A DNA stretch of 64,000 nt, from NCBI GenBank assembly GCA_964304625.1, contig OZ199838.1, positions 12,068,524 to 12,132,523 of the forward strand, given 5' to 3'. The DNA is from Kudoa neothunni (taxonomy: Eukaryota > Animalia > Cnidaria). The notes below the pieces were generated by a model. That model was not told the origin of the DNA. It was given only the letters and a program-made list of their open reading frames with translations, and ran no database searches. Of the stretch, positions 1 through 15,902 are shown in pieces. The first letter of the stretch is position 1. Each line of letters opens with the position of its first letter. The position numbers and the translations under genes are program-made.

Positions 1-1050
1 AACAAAATTTGTTCCTATAATAACTGGCCTGGTATCGTTCCATTTGACCAACATCACTTTGTCGGTAGTGTACGATTCAAAGAAACCACGATTTTCTTTT
101 TTGAAAACGGTGTCGCATGCAAATGGACACTTCATGGTCCTATTTTGTTGAATTGAACTGGTGGCTTCTATGTTTAAAGAAGACAGGTGGTTTAAAAATC
201 CTATTGAGATGAAGAAATTGTCGAAACAAAACTCGTAGAGTCTAGGATATTCGACCAATTTCACAAAGTTTTTTACGACACTCCCACCTAGCTCCAATTT
301 CATATCTAAGTTTGTTCCGTTTTCACAATAAATGTCTGTGATGAAAACATAGCCATAGTACGAATAAAGACGCCAAAATCTAAAACCAACTTTTACTGGT
401 TAACATTTTATATACATTTTTGCGGAATGATGTCCAAAATAAGGTATCATTTGTTCGTTGATAGAGAGACGTCTCGAAAAGTAACCGCATCGTTGAAGGT
501 TTTGGTTCATGATGTTTATATAATTTCTAACTTTAAACAAGCGATCATTTTTATATGCATCATCATCAGAAAATAAATTATTGTTGCATATGTGAATATA
601 TTTTTTTATTTGTGTGAATTTTTAGTAGGATATACATTTCTTTACTGGTTTAACACCGTAATCCATACCTTCTTCCCAATACATTCGTTGCATTGGGCGA
701 CGGTTATAACCACTCAATACCAAAATTCCGATAAAATTCATCAATTCATTTTTTTCAATATCAAAATCGTTATTTTGACCGGCGTATGTGACACTTTCTT
801 TAATAATCCAATTTAAAACACTGGAGTCAACGAACAATTAAAAAATCTCGCGTTCGTCCATTGTAACAATCATGGGTTCAAATTTATCCAAATAAAAGTC
901 ACAACTATCTAACAAATAATTAAGATGATGTATAAAACCCCTTTCGTTTATACCATTCGGAGAAATATCTGTATATCTATTGGATATACAGTAGTGGGTC
1001 GGTCGTATGTAATCCCCTTGGGGATGAGGAAATTGTACGTACTTTTTTAC
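1..1050 (-). pseudogene. piggyBac-family transposase remnant, truncated by window start
   Basis: Minus-strand translation gives ELMNFIGILVLSGYNRRPMQRMYWE and, further on, LSINEQMIPYFGHHSAKMYIK, typical piggyBac/PGBD motifs. In-frame stops and frameshifts are present. Confidence 0.85.
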
Positions 1051-1261
1051 GCACACGCGCGAAAATATTAAAACAAATGACTAGTTATAACTTTAACATT
1101 ACTGAAAACAAGTTATTTTTTGTTTAAAAATACTATTTAAAATTGAAAAAACATAAAAAACAGAATCAGATATTAACCCCTGTTTCTTTAAGCCATGCTG
1201 TTTAAAATAGTTGTCAAGCTCTTCTAAGTAAAATAACGCAGTCTTTGTAAGGTTCATTATT

Positions 1262-1532
1262 TTATCAATAAAATCATCTTTCTTTTCTGAATCTTTGGAG
1301 AGAGGATGTCATGGCTCCATTGTTATTATTATGAATTAGGGAGGACACAATTATAAATCACATTACTGCATGTCTACAACATGTGTCTATGTTTATTCTT
1401 CGGTTTCTAACTTTCTGTCACACTTATGTAACTATAAAAACTGACCAACTGTTTAACTTTTGTAGGAAAAAAACGCTTAATTTAATCATGCGGTCAAAGC
1501 AAAAAAAGGTACGTACGACCGATCCATTACTG
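1262..1532 (-). repeat. Tc1/mariner-type element end, copy 1 (paralogue at 39721-39994)
   Basis: About 270 bp clearly homologous to 39721-39994. Both end in ...CCAT(T/C)ACTG|TA, i.e. TA|CAGT... on the minus strand, a Tc1/mariner-like terminus. Confidence 0.65.
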
Positions 1533-1716
1533 TACATAGATAATATAGATAGTAGATATTTGTGTGACTTTGTGTCGAAACCTTTCTATTGATATTTTTT
1601 AAATTCTATCCTTTATGTGATATAAATCAAACAATCCAGATAGATCTTCTTGAATTAAAACTTAATTTAAAATTTTAACTATATTTTTTATTTGTTTGAT
1701 TAAAATTGTGAATTCT

Positions 1717-1945
1717 TTAACACTCATACTGAGTTTGGGGTCAAAAGTGGCCCCAGAGAAAAGTTCACTTATTAAAATCTATATCAATCAGCATGAAAAC
1801 ATCTAATTTATTGTTTTAAATTTACTTCTATATGTGTCATCTTTTAGTAAATAATATTGTTATTATATTTGAACCCATTGTGTTTTTATTCACATTTTGA
1901 CTTAAATCCACCTTCAAATGAGTTTGGGGTCATTTTTGACCCCAA
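1717..1945 (+). mobile_element. piggyBac-like element left end (relic)
   Basis: TTAA|CACT start followed by two copies of GAGTTTGGGGTCA-N-G(G/A)CCCCA palindromic subterminal repeats (~1731 and ~1920). Confidence 0.5.
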
Positions 1946-2899
1946 AATAAACAATTATTTTAATACATTAATGATTCGACATAATAAATAAATTTAAATA
2001 TCATCTTTTATATAAAGAACTTTCTAAAGTTTCAGACTCCACTAAAGTTTTCTAGAAGAATCGAGAGTATGGATGAACAAAATATGACCCGCGGGTCTGA
2101 TCTTGCCATGATGTTTCACACGGTAATAAAGGAACTACAACAAGTTTATTATAGAAGTTATACATTTTTGATAGATCTGGGTTCAAGTTTCTCTATAAAA
2201 TATTTTAAAAGTCAGACTAATATTAATTCATCTATTATCATAAATCTGCCGTATGTTTTTACAACAAAGTTTAATATATACCTGCGTTAAATTTACAATT
2301 AGAAACGCGAATAATCATCAAATTTAACCCAAGATGTTTAGACTGTTTGAAAGATGAAGAATATGAAATAACAGAAATACGCGGTGCCAACTATGCTATG
2401 TAAGATATACATTCAAAAAATTAGTCCTCCTTGAAACAAGGAAATTATGTCACGCACGAACTACCTAATTAAATAATTTATACAAAAAACCCCTAAATAA
2501 TAATTCATCAAATTTTTTAATTTTTTTTTCGAAAAAAACAGCTTCGAAATATTTTTATCGTGTTCAATTATACTTATAAAAAATTGGTAGATCGATTAAA
2601 TATGTAATTCATTCCAAGACGTTAAACTTTAACCACAGCGAGTCCTGGAAAGCGAAAATTTAATAATGGGTGCCTTTTTTAATAAAGATTTTGATGAACT
2701 GTATTTATTTGTATGTACTGAACCAAAGCTGTTTGTCTTATCTGCCACCATATCATCTGTGCGGTACTTTATAAATCAAATTTATATTTTTTATTAAATC
2801 TTGTTTAAAAAGTCGGTTGTTATCACTCTTTTACGAACCGTGTCTTATTTTAAGGATGGCGAAGTTCAATTTTGTATTTCTAACATAGATAAGTCTTGA

Positions 2900-4320
2900 G
2901 CAAAAATATTGTTTCTTAATTTATTTAAATGCTCAATGACTTCATTAATAGAAAAATATAGTCATTTTTTCATAATTTTCACCAGTAAACGACTCATTTA
3001 TAGCGTCGACTTCATTATTTATTGAGTTAACATATTTATCTTTTGGACCTTTAAATTAAGTAATTTCTTCTATGTTAATCCAACCTTCGGATTGATTTTT
3101 TGTGGATTTCCTTCCTATGGAAAGGATAATGCCTTCTAATCCATAATTATTAAACGAATGATTTTTTAAAACAGTTTTTGATTGTTTCTTCACTCCTTAA
3201 TTTCCACACTTCTTTCATCGCGTAGATATCATCACGTAAATCTGGGGGATCGTTAATTAATTTGTTATCAAAAACACTCATGGAATTAACAGTAACTTTA
3301 TTTATCGAATAATTCGTCAGATGATTATTATAATTATATTAAAAACTTTTAATACCTCCTTGATCTAATTATGTAAATACATTGGTCGTTTCTTGTGGGG
3401 GAAACAGAGTTGAACGTTTGAAAATTTTAGCATTTGGTGAGCTAGGGAATTTTCAGTAAGTAATTTGATTCTTCTCTTACATTGAGAAGGTTCGCGCTTC
3501 TATACCGTCAGATATTTTGAAAAAATAAAGTCTTCTTGTTAATGTAGTAGGGAAGTAAGCAGTCTTTTATTTTACGGAAGTACCAAGGTTTTTCATGATT
3601 GTGAATTATTAATAAGAAGGGTCTTTTTTCCGACATCGAATAGATCACAACAATTGTTACTCTCCCTTTGGATTTTTTAGAGCCGCACAAGTTTTCCTTC
3701 ATTTTAAATGCCTAACCATACATTAAATTTCCCATAGAGAAGTAAATTTAAATGATATTTTACCTTTTCTTTTCTGGTAAAATAGTCAAGTTTCATCCAT
3801 ATCATAAATATCTTTTGGGTCATAATTTTCGCTCAGTTTTTACAGTTGGTCATTCCGAGAGGAAATTATCTCAGGAACCACGCTCCGGGATTCACCTATG
3901 AATTAGTTATTTTCAACCCAACTCTTGAAGAAAATCCTTAAAACCAACCTTAACAATTGTGTTGTTAATTTCATATGAATAATCGTAGGCTTTTTTAATT
4001 ATATCATCCTGGGAGAGTTCGATATTACGTGATCTCATTAACTCAATCACCTCTATAACCTCAGAATCTAAAATGTTTAAATTATCTTTTCTTAAGTTTT
4101 CCCTGCTGTGGTCTAGATCCCGGTGTTATAATCTTTCAAAATCTGGTCTTTTTTAATAGTATGCTGTCTAAGGGAGATTTCGATTTTAATTCAAATTTCT
4201 CAACGGTTTTGGTTGTTGAACCATTGATTTTTTTATATCATCATAATAATTTATTATTTTAACTTTATCATATAACTATCGATACTTTCTCAGTTTTCTT
4301 AACTGAATACTAACCATGTT
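2900..4320 (-). pseudogene. Tigger/pogo (CENP-B/jerky-like, DDE_1) transposase remnant
   Basis: Minus-strand motifs YDPKDIYDMDET (~3790-3824), GSKKSKGRVTIV...LLII...KPWYF...LPYYIN (ORF 3508-3702) and FPPQETT...LDQGGIKSF (~3345-3405). Many stops and frameshifts; ends approximate. Confidence 0.8.
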
Positions 4321-7300
4321 GGATTTAACCGATGTATTTTTAATGCGCCATATCCATGAAGACCGCAGTAAGCATGCAGCCAAATTTTTTCTGACTCTGG
4401 GTCATATTTTCAAAAACAACTTCGCCGGGTCAAACATTTTTAAGTGCTTATTACTATAAATAACAACATTGTGTATTTTTATTGGTAAACATTGTCATAA
4501 TATCATAAAGTGCGTAGTACCCCTGCTACGCAATAACCCTGCACTACTGAATTATTATTTTCATAAAATCTATCTAAACAGTTAATTTTCTTGAATATTT
4601 TACAATTTTAGTGATAACATTGGTAACCTAATGAAAATAGGAAACTCTATTTTAGTATTGCTTGGATTAGTCAAATACATTTCGCAGAACGGACAATAAA
4701 GAACTTTCATGTCCATCGAACCCCAGTTGAGAACCACTGAATTAGATTTTAAAAGGTAGATATTCAAATGGAAGATTCAGTATAACTCACAACGCTCTGT
4801 ATCTTTAGTTCCTTTAAAATCCCCGATACAAGCGATTACTAATCAGCGGTTTAAAACATAATGTAATAATGAAGTTAAATTGGGCTCATTAACTTTAAAT
4901 AGATTTTTTTGTTTTTGCATATATGGTTGTTTACAGAATATCTTATTGTGACCTGAATTTGAAACCGAAATCGATTGAACTAGGATTGTGTTTATTTTGT
5001 TCCTTAGGATCGTTGGACGTTTGTAATTGCCTCATTAAACATCGTCATGATTTCTATATTTTTGAATAATTATTTAATAGTTGTTTATTGAAAAGAGAAT
5101 TTCGGTTTTACATTAGCGATCGGGGTCTTAAAGAACGTCCACAAAGAACATGAAAACACCAGTTAGTTGTTTGACCGAGCCCGTAAGTCAAGTCTCCAAC
5201 AGGAATGTTAGAACTGTCGTCATTCCATTTTCTCAATCAGATGTTTCATTATCAACACTTGAATGTAACAAAAAAATATTTGTTTTGTTGTTGTAAAATT
5301 TTAAATTTAAGGGTACATAAAATTCATGCATCAATCCGAATATAATGTAGTTTTTATCCATATACATGGATTAGATTTTGAGTACAACATCGACCAACGT
5401 AATTAACTGATTGATTCCTCACCTTTTTGAAATAATTTTAGTTGGTAACCTTACAATTAAACCTGATATGAGCGTGAATTTGGTGTCCAAATTTGAGAAA
5501 ACAAGACGAGTCATTAGGAATATTGTCTGGTGTTGTGTTGATAATAAGGTAATAGCATATTTTTATTTTTATATAACTGTATTTTAATGGTATTTAGATT
5601 AGATACAAACTATTTACAATACCTCGTAATAAGTCCAAACTTTATCAACAGCTTTGTGAAGAAATAAATAAACACTCGCCAGAATTAGTCCTAATGGGTG
5701 TTCATAAAAAAAATTTTTTAAAAAAAATAATTTCCACCTGCAAACCCACCTACATAATGCGCAATATTTCTGTCCCCATAATAATAGTTCCTCGACGACA
5801 GAAAAAAAAGACTTGAATTTCTTTAGTTTTTCTATTACCTTGTCTTAGTTCATAGATTTCATTTCAATTCGTTTTATTAACAAAATTGTATTGTTAAAAT
5901 CTATAAATCTTCCAAAAAATTATACAAATATATTCAAGAAACTTCCCTGGAATTCCTCATTTATTATCAAATAATAATCATAAAATAATTTCGTGATAAC
6001 CTTTCAGCTAATTTATTCGAAATATCATGAGTTATTTACATTTGAGTTCATTTCACAATGGTGGCAACTTAAAATACATCTAATTTATTATATTTTATTT
6101 AGAATTTAAGCGGTTATACATCTTATTAACATTTAATACCTTTAGTCATTTTTAATTTGGATATGTGATATTACTGCCAGGTTAGAATGAACGGTAGAGA
6201 CGACGTGGGGTTTATCGAAGATGTAAAACATTTCTTAAACATAAAGCGGGAGTGAGAAACTTTCGCACAGAAAACACATTTTAATCCTCCGAGCATCTCG
6301 GTGTCGATTCCTAACCCCTTTGTGGTTTAATCAGTTAAAATCGTATGATAAATGTCCTACCTATTAATTTATAATAAATGATTGTTTCGGAAAGCACTAT
6401 TAATTTTATTTTTAACAAAAAGAGATTAGTTATTTCTCAAATATTTACATCTGGAGATTTTGTGATAGAAAAAGACCTCAGAGTTTTTTCCATATAAATT
6501 GTGTAATAATTTATTTGGTAATAGTTTATTTTAAAGGAAAGTAACGGTGTAATTCAATTAATTTTCATATGCGAATATTGATAAACTCTTGTGACAATTT
6601 TGAGTTGTGGATTGTAATGTCTAGTTAACATTTTACACTGGAAGCTCTTTCATCATTAGTGAAACTAAAGACTTAATCTAAAAGCAATCATTACCATCTG
6701 ATTCTAATGATTTTGACATTATAACAACAGACGTTCTTAATCACAAAAATAATAACATATGGAGAAAAATCCCTCCTAGAAAAAAAATCCGAAAAAAAAA
6801 CATTTTTACTCCTCGTCCTTATGTAGCTGCCTACGTTCGCCAAGAATAAAAAACATTCAATATAGTGTTAACTTATTCTTCATTGATCAACTGTTATCTA
6901 GATTTATCAATATGTAGATAAATTTGATCGTTATCACTCTGATTATTGTTATGATGATGTCGATTTAAATGAATTTAATACATACCTTAGCATACTGATA
7001 TACCTTCCAATTTAAAAACAAAGACTAAATCTCTAGAAATGTTGGGTTTCATGATAAGGGCCATTAAAATATTTTAGATATGTTATTTCATTGAAGCAAT
7101 ACATACAAATCAAAGGCTCATTCTATTTAAGCGATTTTAATGCAGGAAAAGAAAGGAGAAAAGACAAGAAATTTTGTGCCGTGGAACACACATTAAAGTT
7201 TTTCTATGATATTTTGGTAACACTAGACAGTAGACTCAATTTATTGATTATTTGCCGTTTTTATTTCGGCTTTTTTTATGAAAATGTTTATTCGAAGCTT

Positions 7301-7985
7301 CGGAACATTAAAAATTTTCTCGCTTAGAGCCAAATGATGTGTTTAAATATAGACTGATTTCCGAAGAATTTCACCTAGAAAAAAATTATATCCTATAAAG
7401 GCGCAAATAAAGTGATAAATAAATAAAAATATAAAGCTGTGCAGGGATACCACGCACTTATTGGGGACAAAGATTCGAGTGCGCAATAACCCTGCACTAC
7501 TTAATATCCATGCTTTAGCGCACGCGCATATCGGGGAAAATTTGGTGGGTGCGCGACCACTTATCTGCTTTTTTTATTTATTCTTTCGTTTCACTAATAA
7601 TAATTGTAATAGAGGGATGTGCAAAATTTTCGTAATAATTTTTTTATTGTTCACAGAGTATTTTGAAAATAAATAAGTTAGTTTAAGACAATTATTTGTT
7701 CAACAAGAAATTTATTTCTCTTGTTTTAAACGAGGTTTATTTTATTTGAAAAATGAAAAATTTGGCAATGTAACGTGTTCCGGCATTTCGTTGTGACGGA
7801 TTTTGAGTAATTTCTTTATTTCTTTTAGATTTTCTATTTAATTTGTTCATTTTTAGACTAACTCTTGATGAAAACTCATGGAACTGTCTTCGACCGGCAA
7901 CTATAGGAGTGTTATCTTTCGTGCCGTCCTTTATGTCATTGGCTAATTTATTTTCCTATTATATTGTACTCTCTGGACAGCTCTA

Positions 7986-9191
7986 CCGGGTTTTACATCC
8001 AAATCCGGACTCGTCCTATTAATTTTACTATATTGCATTATAAGTTTATTAACCCCTTTTTGGAACGGCATTTTAATCCAATATTTTAAAATATTGCGCT
8101 AAAAAACATCGATGAATAAAGTAATAGTGATGACATTGATCTAATTTCGTTAAATATCACTTAAGGTGTGACATCTGCCGATAAAGGATTCAGAATGTTG
8201 AAATAAAGCCTTGAGGTCAGCTTCAGTTACGTTTTCAGTGGATGTTTTCATTCGGTTGATTAAGTCGTTTGCTCCTCTGAAAGGCCCATGTTTTCGAACA
8301 TCATTTTTGATATTGAAAAACACCTCTTCGCACGGATTCAGAAACGGTGAATACCGGGGTAGATAACGAACTTCATATGGATATTCATCATAGAAGTCTC
8401 TGTTCGGATGGTGGAATGTTACGTTATCCATTACGATAACATAATTTCCATCACACAGTACTCGTTGTATTTTTCGACGGAACTCAGTAAATGTATAACT
8501 GTTCACACTTCCTTGTACTGCCTCACAATGCACTACACTGATGGCACTAGCAGCGAGTATCATTGACGCATTTTTACCTCTACTATTCCCAACTACAGGA
8601 TTGGGGGTGGTTCCTATAAGGGAGAGGCCATTTGAGCGTAGCAGATGTAATGAAAAGGGGCTTTCGTCAATAAATATCATTTTTGTATATCTCTTGTCTA
8701 TTGAGAGGCTTGAATACCAGTCAGCATATAGTCTCCTTGCTTGTTTGACTTCGAGAGAGTTTCTACTCTTAGGTATAGCTCTCACCATTTTAAATGATAT
8801 CTTCATCGCTTTGAGCCATCTCCATACAGTTTTTATACTTATCTGCACGCTAACTTTGTCAACAATTGATTGGAGAGTTACCGTGCAATCATCCTCTATT
8901 AATTTCAAAATTTGGGTTTTTATTTCATCATTAATTTTGACATGTCTTGCTCCACCCTTTGGATCCTTGCATGAGACCTCTTTGTCATAATATTTGTCTA
9001 TTGTATCAGAAAGAGTACTCTTATGTATTCCAAGACTTCTTGACACTTCAGATTGAGAATAACCTTCAAAAAATACCATGTATACAACAGCTTCTCTCAT
9101 TTCATCTGTATGCTCCTTACGACCTACCATTTTTTAAGCGTTAAGTCTGTATTTGATTGTCACAGTGTCCGGATTTGGATGTAAAACCCAG
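7986..9191 (-). mobile_element. Full-length IS630/Tc1/mariner-superfamily DNA transposon
   Basis: 25-bp TIRs C(C/T)GGGTTTTACATCCAAATCCGGAC at 7986-8010 and 9167-9191 with one mismatch, TA on both flanks, enclosing an intact transposase ORF. Confidence 0.95.
8150..9130 (-). CDS. IS630/Tc1-like DDE transposase, 326 aa, intact
   Basis: N-terminal HTH (SQSEVSRSLGIHKSTLS). Catalytic motifs IFIDES, IVMDNV and YLPRYSPFLNPCEE. Confidence 0.95.
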   Translation of the reverse strand: MVGRKEHTDEMREAVVYMVFFEGYSQSEVSRSLGIHKSTLSDTIDKYYDKEVSCKDPKGGARHVKINDEIKTQILKLIEDDCTVTLQSIVDKVSVQISIKTVWRWLKAMKISFKMVRAIPKSRNSLEVKQARRLYADWYSSLSIDKRYTKMIFIDESPFSLHLLRSNGLSLIGTTPNPVVGNSRGKNASMILAASAISVVHCEAVQGSVNSYTFTEFRRKIQRVLCDGNYVIVMDNVTFHHPNRDFYDEYPYEVRYLPRYSPFLNPCEEVFFNIKNDVRKHGPFRGANDLINRMKTSTENVTEADLKALFQHSESFIGRCHTLSDI

Positions 9192-10139
9192 TATATTTCT
9201 CATTCTCGAAAGTTCGATCCATTAATTCTTATATCGAGTAGTTTGAATTTTGTTGTAAGAATTTTGCGATAAAATCTTAAATCACTGGAAATAAAGTCTG
9301 AAAATATTTTTGATTTTATTGATACAATTGTATTCAATGTGGTGACTGATTTAAGGCCGGAGCGCCCTAACGATGTTCGCTTTAGATCCACTCTTAGTTC
9401 CTAATTTTTCTAATTATTTAATAATCTACACGTTTTTTTTCAAGTGAGCGATAACTTTTCCTATTTTCCTATTGCGTACTAAACATGCCAATGTAATCAA
9501 ACAACAGATTTCAGACATGTAAGAAGCATGCACTCCTATTTTTCCCAACTACAAGATTATTTATTAATTATATAGTTATATTTATCGATATAGTTTACTC
9601 TTATCTCACGATTTATAGCTATAGTTAATTTGTATATTTTGAATTTTCGACATTATTTCTAAAATTGCTCAATAACCCTACGCTACTGTATATTTACATA
9701 AGGCTATAAAATCCATTCATCACATTAAAATGAAAAAATTAATTTATATTTAAATTTCTATCACTATAAATTTACTATATTTTATAAAATATCGTTAATT
9801 TAAAATATTGCATTCAGGAAACCTAATAATAACTTGCACAGCAGACAGAACAAAAATATGCATTCGAGAAAATAACCGAACGATTGACTATACGCTATAT
9901 AATTTTGTATATTTCAACATATTATGAACGATAATTAATGTTTAAAGTGTTACAAAATTAATTGAAATAATATTTGGAATTGAAATTTGTCGATTACACG
10001 GAATTTTGCCATAATTTTTTCGACCCCAGAGACGCCAGGTGTGTATTCAATTCGTAACTGCTCGGATAATAAAATAAACAATAGCAAAATGGCCAATGAC
10101 CCCTCCCTTATAATAAATTAGATATTTCTTCATTTTGTA

Positions 10140-11330
10140 CAGGAGTCGGCAATCTTTTTGAATGTCCGGTCGAACAGACACACCCTAACTCTAATGCGGA
10201 CCATATTAAAACTAAATTACAAACATGTTAAATTATTCATAATTCAAATATTTGGTTAAAATATATAAATTAGTATTTATAAAAGTCATTGAAATTATAA
10301 AAGTAAGTAAAATCAAGAGTTTTACATACTAATAATTTTCACTTGTAATCTAACCAACTTGTGCACGGTTTTATTGGACCATCTCAAATAACTTTACATG
10401 TATCTATATGCCTTCTTAAAAATATTTTATACCCTTATAGAAAGGATTTTAACGTTATTTTAGAAGTCATATTTTTTCCGGTTTTCCGATTTAATGAAAA
10501 TGAATTATAGTCGACTAAAATGTTCATATTGACAACCTATTAATACTTACAAAAACGATCTAGATAAAAAATTAAAAATTATTTAGGTCGCCGGTTCTCA
10601 ACCTTTTTTCAAATTTACTTCCTCAGCCTGGTGGAGAATCCAAATTACCCCATACCTTGGAAATCAAATTCATATTTAATTTAAGGTTTTATATTGTTTT
10701 AGCTATTACAGAGGTTATTTACTTGGTAAATTCTAATCCTAAAGGACAATTTACGACTGTGTAATGACAATTTTTAATCCCATCAACTCTAACTCACAAG
10801 CTGTCTACAGATTTAATTTTATTAGATGTTTCTATATTAAAGTATTTCTAGTCCTCCCTTCTTAGAGGTCAGAAATAATTAAAAATAGTCAAAATTAGTG
10901 ACACTCAAATATTATGTATCACGCAGATTGCAACCTTAAGTATTATTATCAGGCTACAACTCTAAAAAAATAAACAAGCAATGAAAGAAAGAAAGAAACT
11001 GTCTTTAGTTTATAAATATTTGTTAAATATTTACTCCTAAAAACATTTATTACAAGAATATCTGCAAACTTATTATTGAGTTTAATAGCCTGAATAATAT
11101 AATTCCTTAGAAATCCTTAGGTACATCACAAACTTCACACTGCAACAATTACCCCTTACAATTTTGATGTCACTTTACTTAATTTATTAATTGTCATTTA
11201 AAATTTACCCTCGGTTGAGAACGAGAACCCCTGATTTAGGTAATTTAGAAATTAAGAAAAATTTGCGTGTCAATCGATGCATGGCGGACCGGATAGGGTA
11301 AAGTGATGGGCCCTAGGTTGCCGACCCTTG
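10140..11330. mobile_element. hAT (Charlie/Buster-type) MITE containing a nested MITE
   Basis: Termini CAGGAGTCGGCAA... and ...TTGCCGACCCTTG. Degenerate 8-bp TSD ATTTTGTA / CTTTAGTA. Confidence 0.7.
10589..11233. mobile_element. Nested hAT-type MITE
   Basis: Perfect 8-bp TSD ATTTAGGT at 10581-10588 and 11234-11241. Termini CGCCGGTTCTCAACC / ...GAGAACCCCTG. Related fragments at ~39643-39720 and ~57760-58010. Confidence 0.8.
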
Positions 11331-12868
11331 CTTTAGTATATACTTGTTTTCTTGTGGAAAATATCCTGACTTCCTAAACGAGTAAAAGAAAACACCACGG
11401 AGAGAATGTTCGAAGCTATTCAAAGACAAGCTCTTAACGTCTAAAATCCCATAAATAATATACTCTCTTTATTAAAAGTCGATAGGTTTCACGAGAAATT
11501 CCAATGAAATAGTGGAAAAAATTTTTAATCACTAAAAAATAAATAAAGAAAACATTCGTTCTATGCAAAATACATAATCTAATGACCTACAAAGATAAAA
11601 AAACAGGCAGTTTGTGATAACCTTTAAAATTTACCATAGAAGAAGTATAGTTTACTTATTTTTATAAATTTACATATATCTTGATTTTAGAACTCCAATG
11701 AAAGGTAACGTTAATTTTTATAGCGTGTGTATTAGAATTGAGAGTATCGAAAGAGTGAACCGAAATGGGTTTGAATGCAATACAAATGGTTGTAAAATCT
11801 GTTAAAATTATTATTAAGAGTAAATCGATAGAATGGATTGGTTTGCTACATAATAAATATTTTCAACCCCTTATGTCATATAAAGCTTTAAGCCTTGTCA
11901 TGCTCACGCAGCTAACAAGTAGTTAGGTACATAAATGTGTAAGCGCTTTAACATTGCTGGATGAATCCTCTTCATTAGTTCATACAATTTACTGCTACAT
12001 TATTAAAAACTATTATTTTAATTAATCTCAACACATAATATCCCTTTATTTTCACCAACAAAAATAATTTGAAGTAACAATATAGCCTGAGCTTCTGAAT
12101 AATTTAATCTTATAACCCTCCATTGCTGGTACTATCGTAGGTTAAGCAGGTATAGCTACAATAGAATAGTGTTAATTTCTAGTTTTCCAACTTGAGATAT
12201 ATGCACGTTGTTTATGGGAACAATATTATTGTTCCCGTATTCAAACACAATATCCTGTCAGTCGACCCTAATCGTTATCAATTTATTGGCTTTAGTTGGA
12301 AATAAAGTAGGTAAATCCCCATCGCAATAAACAATAATATTGTACTCAATGGTTTTAAATCGATAAAATTAAACGAAACTCCAGCCTCTATTTAATACCA
12401 GGCACATCTTTCTATTAAATTCGACATTAACAAAGTATGGGCGTGATTTGTTTGGGGAATAGATATTAGAATGAGTGTTGCAAGGTGAAGGTAATAGAAA
12501 TAATAGCAATAATCTCTTTAGATGATTATTATAGATTTAAATAGAATAATAATGGTATCAATGCCACGTAGCTATCCAACTATCGTGAGACACGATCGGT
12601 GGTTTCGGCCGAGCCAATGATCGGCTATTAAATTATTGCTGTCGTGTAACGAATTACTTGAGCTCGTCAGTATTTGTTGGAAGTTACCTTTTTTGGATTA
12701 GACCCGTATCTAATTTTGTATCCACCCGTCACGAATAAAATACTGGTTGTTTTTCCATATATTAATCCAATACTAATCGGGATATTTGTAGTTATTGAAC
12801 GTATTCGTTAATCATAAACAAACAGTCTGAACAAGGGTCGTGTGTTATATTTGTAAACTGAGATCAGC

Positions 12869-15902
<3,034 letters not shown>

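Noticed and set aside
8541-8990. 149-aa ORF antisense to the transposase
   Set aside because: Shadow ORF with no motifs. The same applies to the antisense and alternate-frame ORFs over SERCA, ADSL and RanBP1.
12555-12630. ER-stress element (CCAAT / CCACG) upstream of SERCA
   Set aside because: Both words occur but not in ERSE (CCAAT-N9-CCACG) order or spacing.
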